NCBI GenBank assembly: GCA_913057895.1
Contig: CAJXOH010000001.1
Span: forward strand, 110,584-174,583
Reading direction: 5' to 3'
Source of the DNA: an uncultured Bacteroidota bacterium
GTDB lineage: Bacteria; Bacteroidota; Rhodothermia; Balneolales; Balneolaceae
DNA length: 64,000 nucleotides
How positions within the stretch are numbered: position 1 is the first letter of the stretch; each line of letters starts with the position of its first letter. Positions 19,003 to 28,687 of the stretch are shown here, in pieces. The position numbers and the translations under genes are program-made. The notes under the pieces are model-generated. The model worked only from the letters and a program-made list of their open reading frames with translations, did not search any database and was not told the DNA's origin.

Positions 19003-20091
19003 TCATTTCGATGAATCTGACGTCATAGTTGGCTCAACTTTAAACGTTCGCCCCATTGCGCGGAATTGGCGAACAAATCGTCTTTTTCCGACCTGTGGTG
19101 CAAATTGACCATATTCTAGAAATACAACTCGCTGTTGCTCAGGAATGTAATAGGTGAAGTGGACAAATGGACCGCCCATGAAATCGTTCACCATGGTCCA
19201 TGTACCAAGGGTTTCAAACCCTAAGTATTCAGAATCACTCAATAATGATGTCGTTACAGGTCTTCGAGTTTCGGTAGTGATGTACGAATTAGGACGGCTT
19301 CCTTTTAGGTAGGTAGCCATAATGGAATCTCTTTTGGCTTGAATCCACTCAGGTGTAATGACTCCAGGATCTTCTAAGTCTTCCCATGCTCCCCAAATCC
19401 ACCGATCATTATCCACTAAAGGTCTTCTAAATTGTACAAATCGGGTGGTATCAAACGTCCATACATAATCATGTTGCATTCGAACAGACCAGCCAGCATG
19501 GGCCATTAAAGAGTCTGCTAGCTCTACTTGTTCACCTTTTTCATAAATATCGAGGGTCCAACGTTCAAGCTCATAATCTAGTAGAGGTTCTAACAATCGG
19601 GTGTCTGTATCTAGAATTGCCTGTTTCATAGCGACAGTGTCAAGTCCAGTGAGTACAAGTACCCATTGATTTCTAGCCCAGACATCCTTGGCAGGAAATG
19701 CAAACGAGTTTCCACTTCGTACGTTTTGCTCGAATGTTTCATTCAGCATGGATCGTACCAATGATCCTGTGGGTGTTTGCTCATCTAATGGAGCTGCAAT
19801 GACAACATTTGTTCGATTCTCAATCACGGAGAGGTCAGATTCACGCTCAAAAGACGCAATTTGGACCTTGTATTGAGGTTCATAGCCGGGTACATGGGGA
19901 ATGGCTTGTTCAAATACTTCCCGAATGGCAGGAACCAGACTTTCATTATGCTGTGTAGTATCTACGACCAGTAATATAGAATCTAGGGACCCTTTAGCAG
20001 TGGGTTTGTATTCCATGTTGCAACCACTAGCAACGACTATTGTAAGTATAAGTCCTACAAAGATGGGTAGTAAAGATGATTGTTTTTTCAT
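19003..20091 (-). CDS. lipoprotein, DUF4837-like (function unknown)
   Basis: 362 aa with lipoprotein signal LTIVVASGC. The size and composition recall the Bacteroidota DUF4837 family (recalled, not aligned). Confidence 0.45.
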   Translation of the reverse strand: MKKQSSLLPIFVGLILTIVVASGCNMEYKPTAKGSLDSILLVVDTTQHNESLVPAIREVFEQAIPHVPGYEPQYKVQIASFERESDLSVIENRTNVVIAAPLDEQTPTGSLVRSMLNETFEQNVRSGNSFAFPAKDVWARNQWVLVLTGLDTVAMKQAILDTDTRLLEPLLDYELERWTLDIYEKGEQVELADSLMAHAGWSVRMQHDYVWTFDTTRFVQFRRPLVDNDRWIWGAWEDLEDPGVITPEWIQAKRDSIMATYLKGSRPNSYITTETRRPVTTSLLSDSEYLGFETLGTWTMVNDFMGGPFVHFTYYIPEQQRVVFLEYGQFAPQVGKRRFVRQFRAMGRTFKVEPTMTSDSSK

Positions 20092-20107
20092 AAAGAAAGG
20101 ATACTCA

Positions 20108-20893
20108 TTATGACTGAAGTTGCGAAAGAAAACTCTGCAAAGCTTCCTTTGAATTATGGCTTGATGAATCCATCAACACGCGTAGAAGGGCACTGCCCAC
20201 AATAAATCCATCAATGAGATCTTCATACGGCTCAATATCTGAGCGCTGTTGAATGCCAAACCCTGCCATAATGTGATTATTGGTCACTATATGGCGTACT
20301 CTTTCTAAAAATGTCCGTGTATTTGACGTGTATTGAGAGGCATTCCCCCCAGTAACACCTGTAACCATCACAATGTAGAGAAAGCCACTGCAAAGCCTAT
20401 CAAGCTCTTGAATGCGATCATCTGTGGATGTGGGTGTAATTAACCCAATAAGTGAGCATTGATGCGCATGAAAAATTTCTCTGACTCTATCCATTTCTTC
20501 AAGCGGTACATCGGGTAAGATGACACCATCGACTCCTACTCTTTCACATTCTTGTGCAAATGCCTCAATCCCATAATGAAGAACAGGATTGATATACCCC
20601 ATCAAAACAATGGGTGTCTCGTGACGATTTCGGAAAGATTGAATCGCTTCAAAGATCCACGGTAAATGGACTCCTTGCTGAAGTGCTAGTTCATTCGCTT
20701 TTTGGATTGTAGGTCCATCAGCTAGTGGATCACTAAACGGCATCCCAATTTCAATGATAGAAGCTCCAGAAGCGACCAGTGAATCTAATGTCTCTTGAAA
20801 CTGATCTAGAGATGGTAATCCAGCCGTTATATAAAGAGTTTTGGCAAGTTCCTCTTGAGGTTTATGAGCAAAATAGTGAGTGAGTCGATTCAT
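20108..20893 (-). CDS. trpA: tryptophan synthase alpha chain
   Basis: 261 aa. Motifs: IEIGMPFSDPLADGPTIQ, and GFGI near the C-terminus. Confidence 0.95.
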   Translation of the reverse strand: MNRLTHYFAHKPQEELAKTLYITAGLPSLDQFQETLDSLVASGASIIEIGMPFSDPLADGPTIQKANELALQQGVHLPWIFEAIQSFRNRHETPIVLMGYINPVLHYGIEAFAQECERVGVDGVILPDVPLEEMDRVREIFHAHQCSLIGLITPTSTDDRIQELDRLCSGFLYIVMVTGVTGGNASQYTSNTRTFLERVRHIVTNNHIMAGFGIQQRSDIEPYEDLIDGFIVGSALLRVLMDSSSHNSKEALQSFLSQLQS

Positions 20894-22089
20894 CAGAGTC
20901 CTCTAGAGGCTGTTCTGTATGACGTGATCATCTCCATATCTTTATCGCCCCTACCCGAGCAGTTAATGACAACCAAGCGCCCGTCTTGAATCGTTTGTTG
21001 TTTATCCAACCAGGCAAATGCATGTGCAGTCTCCAAGGCAGGTATTATCCCTTCCAATGCAGCGCATGTTTCGAGCGCTCTCATTGCCTCTTGATCGGTC
21101 GCTGCTAGGTATTGAACACGTCCTTGATCCTTCCAATAGGAATGTTCTGGACCTACGCCTGGATAATCGAGCCCAGCGCTAATGCTGTGTGCCAAATCAA
21201 CTTGACCATGATCGTCCTGTAAAAGATAACTCAGAGATCCATGGAGCACCCCAGGCTTTCCTTTTGAAAGTGTAGCAGCAGTTTTTTTACTCTCAATGCC
21301 ATGTCCAGCAGCTTCAACCCCAAACATTTCCACGTCTTTATCGTCAATAAATGGATGAAAAAAGCCAGCAGCATTACTGCCACCACCTACGCAAGCAACT
21401 AGAGCGTCAGGGGTTCTCCCCTCCATCTCAAAGAGTTGCGCTCGTGTTTCCAATCCAATAACACGATGAAAATTTCTCGTCATCAACGGGTACGGATGGG
21501 GACCAACAACAGATCCAATAATGTAGAAACACTCCTCCACATGGGTTACCCAGTGGCGAATAGCTTCACTAGTCGCATCTTTAAGTGTTCTTGTTCCACT
21601 AGTAACGGGTCGAACTTCTGCGCCCATCAACTGCATCCGCTCAACATTTAAGCGCTGCCGTTTTACATCCTCTTCACCCATGTAGACAATGCATTCCAAA
21701 CCGTACTTGGCGCATGCTGTCGCAGTAGCCACACCATGTTGCCCTGCCCCAGTTTCGGCGATAATTTTCGTCTTCCCCATTTTCTTAGCCAAGAGGGCTT
21801 GTCCAATGGCATTGTTAATTTTGTGCGCCCCCGTATGACAGAGGTCTTCACGTTTTAGATAAATCTTAAGCCCGTAGTGCTCTGACAATCTTGGTGCATA
21901 ACTCAATGGTGTTGCTCGACCCACAAAGTGCTGTAAAGCTTGATCTAATTCAGCGTGAAACTCCTGATCTTGTTCCAATTCATGATACGCCTGTGTAAGA
22001 GCTTCTAAAGCGGGAATTAACGTTTCTGGAACAAACTGTCCGCCGTACTCTCCAAAATATCCAGTCTTCTTCGTTGTTGCTTGTTGCAT
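20893..22089 (-). CDS. trpB: tryptophan synthase beta chain
   Basis: 398 aa. PLP-lysine motif [11 protein letters not shown], plus GGGSNAAG. Confidence 0.97.
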   Translation of the reverse strand: MQQATTKKTGYFGEYGGQFVPETLIPALEALTQAYHELEQDQEFHAELDQALQHFVGRATPLSYAPRLSEHYGLKIYLKREDLCHTGAHKINNAIGQALLAKKMGKTKIIAETGAGQHGVATATACAKYGLECIVYMGEEDVKRQRLNVERMQLMGAEVRPVTSGTRTLKDATSEAIRHWVTHVEECFYIIGSVVGPHPYPLMTRNFHRVIGLETRAQLFEMEGRTPDALVACVGGGSNAAGFFHPFIDDKDVEMFGVEAAGHGIESKKTAATLSKGKPGVLHGSLSYLLQDDHGQVDLAHSISAGLDYPGVGPEHSYWKDQGRVQYLAATDQEAMRALETCAALEGIIPALETAHAFAWLDKQQTIQDGRLVVINCSGRGDKDMEMITSYRTASRGL

Positions 22090-22092
22090 GCC

Positions 22093-22740
22093 TTAAGATG
22101 TTGTTTTTAAAAGAGAAGTCAAATGAGTGATTTTATCATAATCCTTGACTCCAGGCTCAATTTCCACACCAGAATTGACATCGAAACCATATGGTCTTAC
22201 AATTTTCAGAGCTTCCTGAATCCGTTGGGCATGTAATCCACCCCCTATCCAGTATGGTTTATGTATGATGCACTTTGTGAGTATAGACCAATCAAAGGCT
22301 TCTCCCGTACCTCCACGCTGCGTCGAACCCTCTTGCTCCACTTGAGTATCAAATAAAAATTCATCCACAAAAGGGCTATACATCTCAATTTGTTGCTGAA
22401 TACGTTGTACGGAATCAGAAGAACGAATGCTAATGGTCTTGATTACTGGTACGTCCAACGTATCACAGTAGTGAGGCGGTTCATCTCCATGAAGCTGAAT
22501 GTGAGAGCAACCGGACCGTTTTAGTATCGTTTGGACTTCTTCAAGGGGTTGGTCCATTGTGACTGCAACCATATCCATACCCTCAATCCACTGGGTAATG
22601 GCTCCAACGAGATTCACATCGACGGTTCTTTTACTTTCTTGCGTGAAAATAAACCCTAATCGATCTACAAAGGCACCTGCACAAAAACGTGCATCCTCGA
22701 GACTTCTTATACCACAAATTTTAAGCATTGGGTCAGTCAT
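22093..22740 (-). CDS. trpF: phosphoribosylanthranilate isomerase
   Basis: 215 aa. Motifs LKICGI and HIQLHGDE, and position within the trp operon. Confidence 0.9.
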   Translation of the reverse strand: MTDPMLKICGIRSLEDARFCAGAFVDRLGFIFTQESKRTVDVNLVGAITQWIEGMDMVAVTMDQPLEEVQTILKRSGCSHIQLHGDEPPHYCDTLDVPVIKTISIRSSDSVQRIQQQIEMYSPFVDEFLFDTQVEQEGSTQRGGTGEAFDWSILTKCIIHKPYWIGGGLHAQRIQEALKIVRPYGFDVNSGVEIEPGVKDYDKITHLTSLLKTTS

Positions 22741-22743
22741 AGA

Positions 22744-23562
22744 TTATTCTAACTCGTCTGATACCTCTTGGATCCATGTTTGTAATAGGGTTGCGGGATT
22801 GGGCGCTCGCATCAATGCTTCGCCGATAAGGGCTGCATCGATTTGATGTTTAGCACAAGAAAGAAGTGGCTCATAGCTGTGAATACCACTCTCTAAAACA
22901 CGAACCACACTAGAAGGGATTTGATCTAATTGCTGAAACCCAGAATCTGCATCCGTGTCGAAGGTTGCTAGATTCCGACTATTTATCCCAACCGCTGATA
23001 ACCTATCCTTGAATGGTTCGATTCTTGACCATGCTTCTGCTGAATCAAGTTCCATTAAAATGCCAAGATGACATTGTTTTGCCGCATCTATTAATTCTTT
23101 GATCTGTGTATCACTTAGTATTCGTTCAATAAGTAATATGGCATCAGCACCAAACGCTTTTGCCTCGAATACCTGATAGGGATCGATGATAAAGTCCTTT
23201 CGTAACAAAGCAAGTTGTACATGGCTTCGTGCTTCAGATAAATCTTGCAATGACCCATAAAAGAATGGAGAGTCTGTTAAGATGGAGCAGGCCGCTGCTC
23301 CTCCCTTTTCATATGCTTTGCATTGTACACTTGGCATAGCATCTGGTGCAAAATGCCCCTTAGAAGGTGAGCCACGTTTAAATTCAGCAATAATTGATGG
23401 CATTTGTGACGAAGGTCCATCCTTACGTTTTAATGCATCTTTAAAAGAGAATGTGGGGCGATGAGTGTATTCGAATCCATCGAAATCATTGAGTGATACT
23501 CTAGATCTATGTTTTCTTATCTCCGATTGTTTGCTTTCCACAATTTGATCAAGAATTGTCAT
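22744..23562 (-). CDS. trpC: indole-3-glycerol-phosphate synthase
   Basis: 272 aa. Motifs: IIAEFKRGSPSKG, LRKDFIIDPYQV, VGINSRNL. Confidence 0.95.
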   Translation of the reverse strand: MTILDQIVESKQSEIRKHRSRVSLNDFDGFEYTHRPTFSFKDALKRKDGPSSQMPSIIAEFKRGSPSKGHFAPDAMPSVQCKAYEKGGAAACSILTDSPFFYGSLQDLSEARSHVQLALLRKDFIIDPYQVFEAKAFGADAILLIERILSDTQIKELIDAAKQCHLGILMELDSAEAWSRIEPFKDRLSAVGINSRNLATFDTDADSGFQQLDQIPSSVVRVLESGIHSYEPLLSCAKHQIDAALIGEALMRAPNPATLLQTWIQEVSDELE

Positions 23563-24604
23563 GTCCTACCTCAATCATTGATTGCAGAATTCGCCATGCT
23601 GCACCGCTGTCAATTGAATCCTTAGCCATTTGCACAGCCTCAAGACGATCAATGTCTGGATGGACGATCTGTATGGCTGCTGCTGCGTTCATACAAACGG
23701 TGTCTATTTTGGCCTCATCCGCTCGATTTTGCAGTATTTGACGCAATAATTCTGCATTCTCATCAGGGGGTCCACCAACAATGGAGTCCTTGGATCCCTT
23801 TTTTACGCCAAATTGTTCAAATGATGTCTCTGTTTGAAGAACGTCTGTATTACCTGGGATGGCATGAAAACTAGTAGCATGACCAAAGGGCACCCACTCA
23901 TCATATCCATCATGATGATGAAACACAGTCGCATGAACTCCACGGACGTGAAGTGATTGAGCCATCGCTTTAGCTACCTCTACGTTATATGCACCAATAA
24001 GTTGATGGGATGGATTTGCAGGATTTAGGAGGGGTCCCATTACATTGAAAATGGTTCGTATTCCTAGTGATTGTCGGATTGGCGCTACATGCTTTAGAAT
24101 TGGATGGAAGGACGGTGCAAATAAAAAGACACTTCCAATTTCATTAAAAATTGATTGTAGTGTCTCTATAGACGCGCTTACGGGCACTCCTAGCTCTTGA
24201 AGCACATCAGAGGATCCGCTTGATGATGTAACTCCACGATTCCCATGCTTTACGACGTTGAAACCGGCCCCAGCAAGTACAAAAAAGGCCGTGGTAGAGA
24301 TATTAAATGTCTGTTGTCCATCTCCACCTGTACCACACACATCAAGAATTGGACCTGATGTAGGTACGTCAAATGCGATCATATGCTTTCGTACGACGTC
24401 TACGGCAAGGGTTAATATGGATTCATGCACAGGAAATCTTGAGAGATGACGTAAGTATGATTCAGAGATAGTTGCGTCCAATGTCCCATCAACCAATGCC
24501 TCAAAGCATTCCCTATGTTGACTCACGTCGTGTTCATAGAGACGATCTGTGGTACTTATTTGTGTCACCCATGATGCGATAGCGGAAAGATCCTTCTCAC
24601 TCAT
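23549..24604 (-). CDS. trpD: anthranilate phosphoribosyltransferase
   Basis: 351 aa. Motifs: DVCGTGGDGQQTFNIST, KHGNRGVTSSSGSSD. Confidence 0.95.
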   Translation of the reverse strand: MSEKDLSAIASWVTQISTTDRLYEHDVSQHRECFEALVDGTLDATISESYLRHLSRFPVHESILTLAVDVVRKHMIAFDVPTSGPILDVCGTGGDGQQTFNISTTAFFVLAGAGFNVVKHGNRGVTSSSGSSDVLQELGVPVSASIETLQSIFNEIGSVFLFAPSFHPILKHVAPIRQSLGIRTIFNVMGPLLNPANPSHQLIGAYNVEVAKAMAQSLHVRGVHATVFHHHDGYDEWVPFGHATSFHAIPGNTDVLQTETSFEQFGVKKGSKDSIVGGPPDENAELLRQILQNRADEAKIDTVCMNAAAAIQIVHPDIDRLEAVQMAKDSIDSGAAWRILQSMIEVGHDNS

Positions 24605-25167
24605 AATGACTCAATCCAATTCTTAATCATTGTTTCCCCATCAGGAGTCAAAATGCTCTCTGGATGAAATTGCACTCCTTGAATTGGATACTCCTTGTGC
24701 CTAACTCCCATAATCACTCCCTCTTTTGTCTTACAAGTTACTTGAAGAACAGATGGTAACGTGTTGTTATCCAATGCTAAAGAGTGATATCTAGTAGCTG
24801 TAAATGGTGTTGGTACATTCTTAAATAATGGATCACCATCATGCTGAACAGATGATATTTTTCCATGCATGAGTGTGGGTGCATGGATGACATCCCCTCC
24901 AAATACCTGACCAATGGCCTGATGGCCCAAGCAAACACCAAGTATGGGTATACTCGAGCCAAATTGACGTAATACGTCTTCTGTAACTCCTGCATTCTCA
25001 GGTCTTCCTGGCCCGGGAGAGAGTAAAACTCCTTTTGGGCCTAGTTCACGAATCTGTTGTAGTGTTATTTCATCGTTTCGGACGGTCTTGACCTCTATAC
25101 CTTGAATAGAAACTAGATTTACAAGGTTATATGTAAACGAATCATAATTATCGATCACTAAAATCAT
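24601..25167 (-). CDS. trpG: anthranilate synthase component II (glutamine amidotransferase)
   Basis: 188 aa. Motifs: ILVIDNYDSFTYNLV, GVCLGHQAI, VQFHPES. Confidence 0.95.
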   Translation of the reverse strand: MILVIDNYDSFTYNLVNLVSIQGIEVKTVRNDEITLQQIRELGPKGVLLSPGPGRPENAGVTEDVLRQFGSSIPILGVCLGHQAIGQVFGGDVIHAPTLMHGKISSVQHDGDPLFKNVPTPFTATRYHSLALDNNTLPSVLQVTCKTKEGVIMGVRHKEYPIQGVQFHPESILTPDGETMIKNWIESL

Positions 25168-25175
25168 ACAGAACG

Positions 25176-26162
25176 CTACAAGTCTATCTTCGTTTTGAGT
25201 AGTCCAAACTCCTCACGAACTGCGTCCATAAGGGGAGCTGCTTTTTTCCTGGCTTGATTTCCCCCACTAGCAAGAATATCCATCACATCATCAGGGCGTT
25301 GAGCAAGTGTTCTGCGTTTCTCTCGGGCTTCTCCAAAATGATCATCCATAAGATCTTGTAACGCTTGCTTTGCATGCCCATATCCATATCCTCCTGATTT
25401 GTACGCAGTGGCAATTTCATCTGCTTTTTCATCGGTTGCAAAGAGCTTAATTAACTCAAATACAGTACATGACTCTGGATCTTTTGGGTCCTCTAATCCT
25501 TTAGAATCGGTAACAATGGTTCCAATAGTTTTTTTGAGGGCCTTTCCCTCTGCAAATATGGGAATGGTGTTGCCGGAACTCTTGCTCATTTTCTTACCAT
25601 CTGTCCCTGGAACATTGGCTCCCTTTTCAACAAACAACGGCTCAGGTACAGTTAGGAGCTCTTTTTGTGCAGAATGATTCACTTTTTGAGCAAGATCCCG
25701 AGCGATTTCAATATTCTGCTTTTGATCCTCTCCAACTGGAACAACATTTGCTTGCATGATGAGGATATCAGCAGCTTGAAGAATGGGATAGGTAAATAAA
25801 CCGATATTTGAAGCAAGGCCTTGAGAAAGTTTGTCTTTATACGCCACCCCTTTTTCCATCAACGATACGGGTGAGAACGTGCCTAGGATCCAGGCGAGTT
25901 CCGTTGTTTCAGGAACATCAGACTGTAAATATAGTGTGCACGTCGCAGGATCAAGCCCTAATGCAAGGTAGTCAATCGCAACATCTAGTGAATATTGAGC
26001 CAAGGATTGGCCATCATGTAAGGAGGTCAGAGAATGATAATTGGCAATAAAGTAGTAGGACTGGTCAGGTGTATTTTGCCGGTGTATATGTTGACGAATC
26101 GCACCAAAATAATTCCCAAGATGTAATTGACCAGAAGGTTGAATTCCTGAAAGTGTGATCAT
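25176..26162 (-). CDS. trpS: tryptophan--tRNA ligase
   Basis: 328 aa. It has the class-I HIGH-type motif (GIQPSGQLHLGNYFG) and KMSKS. It lies 6 nt after the trpE stop and 8 nt before trpG. Confidence 0.96.
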   Translation of the reverse strand: MITLSGIQPSGQLHLGNYFGAIRQHIHRQNTPDQSYYFIANYHSLTSLHDGQSLAQYSLDVAIDYLALGLDPATCTLYLQSDVPETTELAWILGTFSPVSLMEKGVAYKDKLSQGLASNIGLFTYPILQAADILIMQANVVPVGEDQKQNIEIARDLAQKVNHSAQKELLTVPEPLFVEKGANVPGTDGKKMSKSSGNTIPIFAEGKALKKTIGTIVTDSKGLEDPKDPESCTVFELIKLFATDEKADEIATAYKSGGYGYGHAKQALQDLMDDHFGEAREKRRTLAQRPDDVMDILASGGNQARKKAAPLMDAVREEFGLLKTKIDL

Positions 26163-26168
26163 AGTGAA

Positions 26169-27710
26169 TTAAGTTAACGTTTTGGCTAACGCAACTGCAT
26201 GTCGCAACGCGTTTGATTTATGCAGCGTTTCTTGGTACTCCGAAGTCGCATCACTATCGGCAACAATCCCTGCACCTGCCTGGATTCTTAAGGTATCACC
26301 TTCAAGTATAAAGGTCCGAATCGCAATACAGGTATCCATGTTCCCCTTAAAGTCAAAATACCCCACCGCGCCTGCATAAGGGCCTCTGTGATGTGGCTCG
26401 AGCTCGTTGAGTATCTGCATCGCTCTAACTTTTGGTGCACCAGACACGGTTCCCGCTGGAAAACACGCTTTAAGGACACTTAATGCGTCATAATCGTCAT
26501 GGACGAACCCTTTAACCTCACTCACAATGTGCATTACATGAGAGAAGTACTCTACCTCCATTTGCTTGCTCACATGAATTGAACCATGCTCACAAACTCG
26601 GGAGAGATCATTGCGACCCAGATCAATAAGCATGGTATGTTCGGCTAATTCTTTTTGATCAGACAATAATTCCTTTGCATATGCGGCATCCTGTTGTTCA
26701 TTCTCGCCTCTTGGTCGTGTTCCAGCAATTGGATAAAGAACGGCTGTACGATCCTTCACCTGGACCAAAATTTCAGGAGAGGACCCAACAAGCGTACATT
26801 CATCTGGATGGTGGATGAAGAACATGTAGGGTGAAGGATTTACATGGCGTAAGGCTCTATATAAATTGAGCGAATCATATGGGAAATCCATTGTAAGTGC
26901 TCTAGATAAAACAACTTGAAATGCATCTCCTTCATGAATGTGAGTCTTGATTGTCTTTACAGCTTGTTCAAAATCTGTTTGTGTAAATGGAGACTCAAAC
27001 GATTCATCGTTACGTGTAATCGCACCTAAAGAGTCAAAGGTTTGTTCACCAGATGACAGGCTTCTAGCCATCTTTTGAAGTGCATGTTCTGCTTCATCAA
27101 AAAGGTCCCTCAATGATTCATTAGACGTTAAAGAGTCCTGAGAAGGAAAAACTAGTTTTGTCAATGTGCACGTCTGTTTGACATGGTCAAATTGAATGAA
27201 CTCGTCAAAAAGCATCCAAAGTGCAATTGGATTCTCATTCTCTATCGATTTCTTTTTGGGTTCCTTAGTGGCTTCATTCTCAATTGGTTCAAATTGATGG
27301 ATCCATTCATAGGACGTAAACCCTACAATTCCGCCATGGAACCCCCCACTTTGTAGTTGTAATTCAATGGACTCAGCCCATGTTTTGCTAGCCATCCATT
27401 GCCGAAGCGTTTCATCCCATGGACTTGGTAGTACCTCGTGCGTATTGGGTGAGCCTCGATGGAATACATGAGTCCCAGAAGAGTATCCCTTCCATGTTAT
27501 CATGGGGTTGGCCCCTAAAAATGAGTATCTACCCATTGCTTGGTCAGCACTTACACTTTCAAACAAGAAATGTGCTTTGTCAGGATGAGCAGCTCGCAAC
27601 GAACGCGCTGCCTGAACAGGGGTGATTTGATCAGAAAGAAGTGTAATTGTGCATGGTATTACACCCCCAGGTATTGCTGCATCCTTAAATTGTGAAAATG
27701 TACAATCCAT
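26169..27710 (-). CDS. trpE: anthranilate synthase component I
   Basis: 513 aa. Chorismate-binding motifs: GRNDLSRV, PAGTVSGAPKVRAM, RGPYAGAVGYF. Confidence 0.96.
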   Translation of the reverse strand: MDCTFSQFKDAAIPGGVIPCTITLLSDQITPVQAARSLRAAHPDKAHFLFESVSADQAMGRYSFLGANPMITWKGYSSGTHVFHRGSPNTHEVLPSPWDETLRQWMASKTWAESIELQLQSGGFHGGIVGFTSYEWIHQFEPIENEATKEPKKKSIENENPIALWMLFDEFIQFDHVKQTCTLTKLVFPSQDSLTSNESLRDLFDEAEHALQKMARSLSSGEQTFDSLGAITRNDESFESPFTQTDFEQAVKTIKTHIHEGDAFQVVLSRALTMDFPYDSLNLYRALRHVNPSPYMFFIHHPDECTLVGSSPEILVQVKDRTAVLYPIAGTRPRGENEQQDAAYAKELLSDQKELAEHTMLIDLGRNDLSRVCEHGSIHVSKQMEVEYFSHVMHIVSEVKGFVHDDYDALSVLKACFPAGTVSGAPKVRAMQILNELEPHHRGPYAGAVGYFDFKGNMDTCIAIRTFILEGDTLRIQAGAGIVADSDATSEYQETLHKSNALRHAVALAKTLT

Positions 27711-27718
27711 CTAGAAAC

Positions 27719-27751
27719 AAAAAATCCACTGCATTTCGTGTACAGTGGATT
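27719..27751 (-). terminator. intrinsic terminator of the trp attenuator
   Basis: On the minus strand, AATCCACTG (27751-27743), then an 11-nt loop, then CAGTGGATT (27731-27723) running into TTTTTTGTTT. It ends about 10 nt before the trpE ATG at 27710. Confidence 0.65.
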
Positions 27752-27769
27752 GGACGTACGAAATGCAGT
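27728..27769 (-). promoter_or_regulatory. trp attenuator antiterminator hairpin (12-bp perfect stem)
   Basis: On the minus strand, ACTGCATTTCGT (27769-27758) pairs with ACGAAATGCAGT (27739-27728), with an 18-nt loop. The 3' arm covers the loop and 3' arm of the terminator, so the two structures are mutually exclusive. Confidence 0.65.
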
Positions 27770-27778
27770 TCGAGTTCG

Positions 27779-27820
27779 TTACCTCCACCAAGCGTTGTTA
27801 TGTGTTGAATACGTCTGCAT
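27779..27820 (-). CDS. trpL: trp operon leader peptide (13 aa, MQTYSTHNNAWWR)
   Basis: Minus-strand ATG CAG ACG TAT TCA ACA CAT AAC AAC GCT TGG TGG AGG TAA. It carries tandem Trp codons two codons before the stop and lies directly upstream of the antiterminator/terminator pair and trpE. The ending resembles E. coli TrpL (..GWWRTS). Confidence 0.7.
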   Translation of the reverse strand: MQTYSTHNNAWWR

Positions 27821-27828
27821 TATGAGTT

Positions 27829-27859
27829 CAAAGGTAAATGAGTTTGTGCTAACCTACAA
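27829..27859 (-). promoter_or_regulatory. candidate Bacteroidota-type promoter for the trp leader (-33 TTG / -7 TACCTTTG)
   Basis: On the minus strand, TTG (27859-27857), a 20-nt spacer, then TACCTTTG (27836-27829), which matches the TAnnTTTG -7 consensus. It sits 8 nt upstream of the leader ATG, implying a very short or absent 5' UTR. Confidence 0.3.
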
Positions 27860-27916
27860 TTAATTGAAATGCAATTTATGGAACCCCATAGACGAGAAGC
27901 TTTTTATATTTAAGCT

Positions 27917-28687
27917 ATGCAACACGCTCAGATTCTTCCCTTGCTCCTTTTCCTATCGTTTATAATACTCTCATGTGAGCAGGCCGTAAGTGATCAACCA
28001 TCACAACAACTTACGTTCGAATCTGTAACATTTTTGCCTTCAAATGTGGAATACACCTCCGATGTTATACAGGATACAACACTGAATGTGTCATTTCAGG
28101 GGGAATTAAATCAAAAAACGACAGGTACACAAGGGGTCGCGTTTGTAACAAAAGGGTCAGCATCACCCCTATTTCTTGATGTTGAACTACAAGAGAATGG
28201 GACCTTTGATGCAGCTGGTCAATTAACCTTAAATACGGGTGAATCCACCACAATTCGTGCACGTATTGAATTTGTTGATCCTAATGGTCAACAAGTTAGC
28301 TATGAAACCTCCATTCCTATTGTGGGTGTTGCCGATGAAGCGCCTGTGATTGAGTCAATTACCCATGCAGATTCTGTGAGGATTCCCTCTTCAGGGTCCA
28401 CATCAATAGTCTTTGTTGCAGAGGTATCCCACCCTATAAGCTTGCAGAATATCGCTTCCGTGACGATGGAATTGATTGATGCTAGCACAAATGAGTCCAG
28501 AGGTGTATTTACGTTGGGAGATCAAGGCCAAGATGGGGATCAGCAAGCCAATGATGGTGAATATTTTGTAGGGTTAAGTATCAATGAAGACAATCAACCT
28601 GCGAGCTACCTATTGAGATGGAATGCAACGTCCGTGACAGGTTTATCGGCACCAGAAAAAACGACCACCCTAGAGATCTTCAGGTAA
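27917..28687 (+). CDS. lipoprotein, function unknown (first gene of the 27917-38066 operon)
   Basis: 256 aa with lipobox FIILSC. It appears beta-rich/Ig-like and has an acidic DQGQDGDQQANDGEYF segment. Its stop overlaps the next ATG (TAATG). Confidence 0.6.
   Translation: MQHAQILPLLLFLSFIILSCEQAVSDQPSQQLTFESVTFLPSNVEYTSDVIQDTTLNVSFQGELNQKTTGTQGVAFVTKGSASPLFLDVELQENGTFDAAGQLTLNTGESTTIRARIEFVDPNGQQVSYETSIPIVGVADEAPVIESITHADSVRIPSSGSTSIVFVAEVSHPISLQNIASVTMELIDASTNESRGVFTLGDQGQDGDQQANDGEYFVGLSINEDNQPASYLLRWNATSVTGLSAPEKTTTLEIFR

Noticed and set aside
26163-26168. A possible T-box or separate promoter for trpS.
   Set aside because: Only 6 nt separate the trpE stop from the trpS start, and 8 nt separate trpS from trpG. 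There is no space for a leader RNA.
28618-28686. The N-terminal extension of the T9SS cargo ORF (MECNVRDRFIGTRKNDHPRDLQV).
   Set aside because: It overlaps the upstream lipoprotein gene by 70 nt. The ATG at 28687 gives a canonical signal peptide and a TAATG stop-start junction.
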